Shown in pieces: positions 59,348 through 64,000 of a stretch of 64,000 nucleotides of DNA (the stretch's first letter is position 1; each line of letters begins with the position of its first letter). The notes below the pieces were generated by a model. That model did not search any database, was not told where the DNA came from, and saw nothing but the letters and a program-made list of their open reading frames with translations. This DNA is from Candidatus Woesebacteria bacterium GW2011_GWF1_31_35 (GTDB taxonomy: Bacteria; Patescibacteriota; Microgenomatia; UBA8517), in assembly GCA_001029755.1 (NCBI GenBank), contig CP011214.1, positions 1,754 through 65,753 on the forward strand, given 5' to 3'. Made by a program: the position numbers and the translations under genes.

Positions 59348-62300
59348 ATTTTCTATTTATATAAATCCCTATACCCAACATTGTAAGTGCCATTATAATC
59401 CATAGAGTATCACTTCCTGTATCGGGTAATTCTATAGAAGCTCCTAAAACTTGTCCCAATAGATTTCCACCATAACCTATTCCTGTTCCTATAACTACAC
59501 TTGAATTAGCTACATTACATTCAATAGTTTCTAAACTTTCTTCTCTTTCTTCTGACCCAATTGTTCCTTTACAAGTTGCAAAGTTTTTATATGATGATCC
59601 TTGAAATACACTTGATAACACTTTTGCTTTGTAGGTAATTTTAATTTCCTGACCACTTATTATGTCTCCAATACTCCATTTCAAAACGCCTGAGGTTATT
59701 GTCGGATCTGAGGTTGACACATCATTTATTAAGCTAGATCCTGAAACATATTCAAAACCACCAGGTAAAATATCAATTACTTCCAAGTTATTAATTGTTA
59801 CATTACCAGTATTTTTAACTTTTAAAGTATAAATTACTTCATCGCCAATTCTTGCTCCAAATAATTTATCATTACTTTTTTCAATCTTAACCTCTTTTGA
59901 TGGTACAAATCCAAAATCTGCTGCATCAAAGTTTGCCCCAGAGACAACTGCAATTGGACCATATGGATCGGTTGTAGTTGGTGCATATCCTGTAGGTACT
60001 GTTAAATCAACAACATCAACCCAATAATTACCTGGTAAAAGATTGGTAAATAGATATATACCTGATCCATCCGTTGTAGTTGATCCTACTAATATATCAG
60101 CCTCACCTAAATCTTGAATTCCATCACCATTATCTAAATAAAGATCAGTCTGAACTCCAGAAATTCCAGGTTCTCCAACATCTTGAATTCCATTACCATT
60201 ATAATCAGTCCAAACAAAGTCTCCAATTTCTGCAAGTTTGAAATTACCAAAATTTTGCACTACATTGTTATTATTTTGAGGTACATTAACAAAGTGACAA
60301 TTAGGATCTGTTGGATATGTTTGTGTCCAACCTGTCTTTAATTCCTCACAAACTTTATATGTAGCTGGGAATAGATGATTAAACCAATACCATCCTAAAT
60401 CAGAGCCAATAGTTGTGTCAGTTGTGGTTGTTTTTACTAACTTTGTATAATCGTTTGTCCCATTATCCCAACCATATAAATTAATAGCCCAATTACCAAG
60501 TGGATTGTCATCAATATTTTCAATTCCATTTCCATCTTTATCTTCCCATTTATATCCGTGAATTGAACCATTTGGAGTATTTATAAATGTACAAATTATA
60601 GTTTCACCTTCTCCTAGAATTATTCCATTTACACTATCTAAATTATCATATGTACCTTTAAAAGTTTCTCCTAATTTACAATAAGCGGTAACTAAATCGT
60701 ATCCATCTTGTTTAGATTCAATTGCCAAATATTCTCCAGTTTTAATATCATCAGTTATATTTTCTCCATTCAAATCAGTTGTAAGTGGAGATGGATCTTC
60801 TGTGTCAGTACTGTTTCCATTTATATCAATAACCCAACCAACACCCGGTGTTTGATCTGAAGTAGTAGTAATATAACCATCTTCATCAATAATTTTCTTT
60901 ACTTCAATTTTTCCTAAATCTCTCGTATTTGTAACTGTACAAGTTTTATTTTCTCCCAAAGCTATGGATCCATCGCAATCATCTGAGAATGATGATGTAT
61001 ATCCTGTGACAACATCCTCGGAAACAATATAACTTCCTACATCCAAAGAAGCTGTTGTTCCAGCTGAAGATCCTGGGAAAGAATCCTCACTTACATTGTC
61101 TCCATCTATATACATTGTAAAGTCGCCAGATACTTTTGCACTACTTCCTACAACATTTTTGACAACTGTTAAATGTGGAGTTTTGTCATCATTATGAATT
61201 GTACAAGTAACATTTTCTCCTTCATCTAGTGTTAAACTTCCACCTAATACACTAGGACACTTACTATCACCTGTAATATTTACAAAATTATATCCTTCCA
61301 AAACTGTCTCATTTAGAGAGATTGAAGTATTAGCATCAACTGTAGTTGTGGATCCTGAAAGTACCAAATTTCCTCCAACCATTAAACTAAAATCATCTGG
61401 ATTTGCGTCCCCACCATTGTCATTTGTTACATCTTTAATAAGTGTAATTGTTGGGGCTATATCATTATTAGTTATCGTGCATGTTGCAGTTCCACCATTT
61501 GGAATAACTACATCAGTACAGTTATTATATCCGGTTGAATATCCTGAAACTGATGGCTCAACTACTGAATATGTTCCGGCATTAACATTTAAATCATTCT
61601 GACCGTCAGATTCAAATGCAACAGCTGTTCCACCATTTACTTTAAATGTAAAATTACCATATGTTTCATTTCCACCATTATCTTTTACGAGAACTTTTTT
61701 AACAATTAAGGTAGCTGATTGATCATCATTTGTAATAGTACAAGTTACATTACTATTAGCAGAAAGGGTTAAATTATCATTTACTAAATTTCCACCAGTA
61801 CATGACCAAGAACTTGCAGAATATCCAACTGGACCTGATTCTGAAAGAGAATATTGTTTATTTGCTAAAATTTTACCAGTAATTGAAGGTCCATTTCCTT
61901 GAACTTTTAATGAGTTAGAATCATATATTGCAGAGAGTTCCCAATCAGAAGGTTCTTTGGTTCCACCACTATTATTGTTTACAACTTTTTCTAAAGTTAA
62001 AGTTGCTGTGTCAATTGCATTACAAAGAGTAATGTTAGTATCAACATCTTTATTTACTGTGACTGTTACGGGAAGCGTAATTCCTTCAGGAGTATTACAA
62101 GAATATCCTGTACTCCCTGTAGTAAACCATCCAACAAAATGATAATCAGAAACATCATCATTCTCGGTAACAGTGTGGGTTACTCCAGTTATAGTAGTTT
62201 CAATGCCACTTACAGTAGAGCCCATGCTATACGCTTGACTTGTGTCAACTTTAAAAGAAAAACCTAAAGTATTAGCTTGACTATTACCACCTTCAAATGT

Positions 62301-64000
62301 GTTGTCTCCATCACTATCAACTTTTTTATTAACTGTTACACTTCCAGTATCTCGAGTATTTGTAAATGTACAAGTTCCACCACTTTCTGTAACATCTAAA
62401 GAAGCAGTTGAACCTACAAATGTAGGACAAACTCCACCAGTTGAAGTTAATGTGTATCCTAATACAGAACTTGTTTCCTCAACTGTATATGATCCTGTAT
62501 TAAGTAAGGCACTATCTTCATCATGTAAACCACCTTGAACAAGATTTGTTATATTTTTGAAAATTGTAAATGTCCAATCAGAATCATTTGCAGTGCCTCC
62601 AATAAATATTTTATCAAAGAAAATATTCCCTGTTTTTCGAGTATTGTAGATTGTACAAGTAACATTATCTCCTGCAGAAAGATTTACTTCTCCATTAGCA
62701 CAATTTGAAGAATATGATATGTTGTAATCAGAAAGGCTTGTATCAGTTCCGGCAGTTTCACTAACTTGATATTGACCGGCGTTTAATATTAATGATCCTG
62801 TTGTACCTCCATCACCAACATTGGAAGCATAAACAGTAGATCCTATTAGAAGATTGAATTTACCAGGATCATTTGATGGAGTTAAATCTTTTATCACAGT
62901 TAATTTTGGATATTTAAAATTATTGAATGTACAAGTTACTGTTTCTCCCAAAGAAAGTGAAATATTATTAATAGAACTACCATCATTACAGGTTGCTGAT
63001 GTTAAATCCCAACCAGTGAGTTCATCTTCAACCAATGAATAATTCCCCGCTGAGAGTGGGCCACTATCATATGGTGTATCTAAATCATTTAATTGAAATG
63101 AATCAACTAAATTAGTAGATTTTGAGAGTGTAAAATCAAATTTTTGAGGATCTTCCAAAGGATTTGTCACTTTATCTACAATTATTTTTCCTGGAATATC
63201 ATCATTTGTAATAGTACAAATAATATCTTGTCCAGGATTTAAAGTAACTGTTCCACCAAGACTAGTTGGGCAACCAGTTCCTGCAATAGAAGTGAAAGAA
63301 TAACCAGCAAGTCCTGCCTCATTAATAGCATATTCCTTATTTGCATCAACTGAATACTTTTGTCCAGAATTTGCAGCTACCCCACCAATAGTTAGACCAA
63401 AATCATTAACTCCTGCAGTTCCACCATTATCTTTAATTACATTTTTAATTAAAGTAATAGTTGGGGCAATATCATCATTTGTAATAGTGCATGATTTAGT
63501 ATCTCCTAATCCAAGAGTGATTGATCCATTAGAAGCACAATTACCACTAATTGTCCCTGTATATCCTTCCTGATCTGTTTCAGAAATAATATAGGTACCT
63601 ACATTAAATCCATTTTCAATTCCACTTATTACACCAGTGTTATCAACAAAAAGTGGGAAATCACTAATTTCTTTGTTTCCACCATTGTCATTAACAACAA
63701 CTTTTATAACCGTCAATTTTGGTTGAATGTCGTTATTTGTAATAGTACAAGTTGTTATTTGATCAGTAACCACAGTAACATTTGTACAATTATCATAAGT
63801 AGTTGCATAACCAGAAACACCCGGTTCAATCACACTATAAGTTCCAGGAACAACTGTTAAATCATTTGTTCCACCTGTTTCAAATGCAATTAAACTTCCT
63901 CCATTTACTTGGAATGAAAAATCAGAGGCAACTTTTGTACCCCCGTTATTATTATTAACCACTTTAGTAACTCTAAGTGTTCCTTGACTATGTTTATTGT
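59334..64000 (-). CDS. Giant repeat adhesin (SpaA/prealbumin-like CnaB repeats, SdrD-B domains, DUF11, LPxTG-type anchor); 5' end outside window
   Basis: Frame is open to the window end. At least 12 ~85-aa repeats (TxxK...Y.v.E...GY...C...CTITN), 2 SdrD-B-like domains (IGDFVWTDYNGNGIQD), DUF11 (GDEVIYTLKVKNTG..DILPGGF), then LPDTG-TM-RKYAKK. Confidence 0.85.
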   Translation of the reverse strand, partial: NKHSQGTLRVTKVVNNNNGGTKVASDFSFQVNGGSLIAFETGGTNDLTVVPGTYSVIEPGVSGYATTYDNCTNVTVVTDQITTCTITNNDIQPKLTVIKVVVNDNGGNKEISDFPLFVDNTGVISGIENGFNVGTYIISETDQEGYTGTISGNCASNGSITLGLGDTKSCTITNDDIAPTITLIKNVIKDNGGTAGVNDFGLTIGGVAANSGQKYSVDANKEYAINEAGLAGYSFTSIAGTGCPTSLGGTVTLNPGQDIICTITNDDIPGKIIVDKVTNPLEDPQKFDFTLSKSTNLVDSFQLNDLDTPYDSGPLSAGNYSLVEDELTGWDLTSATCNDGSSINNISLSLGETVTCTFNNFKYPKLTVIKDLTPSNDPGKFNLLIGSTVYASNVGDGGTTGSLILNAGQYQVSETAGTDTSLSDYNISYSSNCANGEVNLSAGDNVTCTIYNTRKTGNIFFDKIFIGGTANDSDWTFTIFKNITNLVQGGLHDEDSALLNTGSYTVEETSSVLGYTLTSTGGVCPTFVGSTASLDVTESGGTCTFTNTRDTGSVTVNKKVDSDGDNTFEGGNSQANTLGFSFKVDTSQAYSMGSTVSGIETTITGVTHTVTENDDVSDYHFVGWFTTGSTGYSCNTPEGITLPVTVTVNKDVDTNITLCNAIDTATLTLEKVVNNNSGGTKEPSDWELSAIYDSNSLKVQGNGPSITGKILANKQYSLSESGPVGYSASSWSCTGGNLVNDNLTLSANSNVTCTITNDDQSATLIVKKVLVKDNGGNETYGNFTFKVNGGTAVAFESDGQNDLNVNAGTYSVVEPSVSGYSTGYNNCTDVVIPNGGTATCTITNNDIAPTITLIKDVTNDNGGDANPDDFSLMVGGNLVLSGSTTTVDANTSISLNETVLEGYNFVNITGDSKCPSVLGGSLTLDEGENVTCTIHNDDKTPHLTVVKNVVGSSAKVSGDFTMYIDGDNVSEDSFPGSSAGTTASLDVGSYIVSEDVVTGYTSSFSDDCDGSIALGENKTCTVTNTRDLGKIEVKKIIDEDGYITTTSDQTPGVGWVIDINGNSTDTEDPSPLTTDLNGENITDDIKTGEYLAIESKQDGYDLVTAYCKLGETFKGTYDNLDSVNGIILGEGETIICTFINTPNGSIHGYKWEDKDGNGIENIDDNPLGNWAINLYGWDNGTNDYTKLVKTTTTDTTIGSDLGWYWFNHLFPATYKVCEELKTGWTQTYPTDPNCHFVNVPQNNNNVVQNFGNFKLAEIGDFVWTDYNGNGIQDVGEPGISGVQTDLYLDNGDGIQDLGEADILVGSTTTDGSGIYLFTNLLPGNYWVDVVDLTVPTGYAPTTTDPYGPIAVVSGANFDAADFGFVPSKEVKIEKSNDKLFGARIGDEVIYTLKVKNTGNVTINNLEVIDILPGGFEYVSGSSLINDVSTSDPTITSGVLKWSIGDIISGQEIKITYKAKVLSSVFQGSSYKNFATCKGTIGSEEREESLETIECNVANSSVVIGTGIGYGGNLLGQVLGASIELPDTGSDTLWIIMALTMLGIGIYINRKYAKK

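Noticed and set aside
10013-63042. Many 60-115 aa ORFs antisense to or nested in long genes (e.g. 15290, 25023, 39122, 44231, 47155, 50177, 56074, 61348)
   Set aside because: They lie wholly within well-supported genes, show no motifs and have shadow-ORF composition.
61100-63960. DNA-level repeats in the giant ORF (e.g. ~61440 versus ~63450) as DGR template/variable repeats
   Set aside because: They are in-frame protein domain duplications with differences not restricted to adenines, and no reverse transcriptase is present in the window.
1-64000. tRNA/rRNA genes and alternative genetic code
   Set aside because: Intergenic gaps are tiny and AT-rich with no cloverleaf or rRNA signatures; TGA acts as a normal stop in many ATGA overlaps, consistent with code 11.

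Overview
A very AT-rich, gene-dense bacterial window. The gene content (massive GT-C expansion, CAP proteins, GQVLG motifs, leaderless-type promoters) suggests a Patescibacteria/CPR (Microgenomates-like) genome; this assignment is inference. (1) 1-1.2 kb: a partial SDR and a RelE/Phd-like toxin-antitoxin pair with a palindromic operator. (2) 1.2-44 kb: a very large, mostly minus-strand surface-glycosylation locus with about 19 GT-C-fold membrane glycosyltransferases, 8 GT2s (3 of polyprenol-P-sugar synthase type), a GT4, a Wzx flippase and 2 methyltransferases. A Bro-N gene, nrnA, a DUF35 zinc ribbon and an HTH-Nudix-like gene are interspersed. (3) 44-51 kb: trmD, then an atypical rhamnose pathway (galU, rmlB fused to a degenerate Nudix domain, a Nudix hydrolase, a WbuC-like cupin, rmlC, rmlD). 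(4) 51-64 kb: a putative extracellular fibre/adhesion module. It has a TasA-like subunit, a SipW-type signal peptidase fused to what looks like its own substrate (internal signal peptide + TasA-like N-terminal strand + lamin-tail domain), two CAP proteins and an unannotated 31-aa peptide. A duplicated 57-bp motif lies next to a divergent STAND-like/OmpR-wHTH regulator coupled to a divergent CCA/poly(A)-polymerase-like NTase-wHTH protein. A giant LPxTG-type repeat adhesin runs off the window end. No rRNA, tRNA, CRISPR array or IS element was seen.
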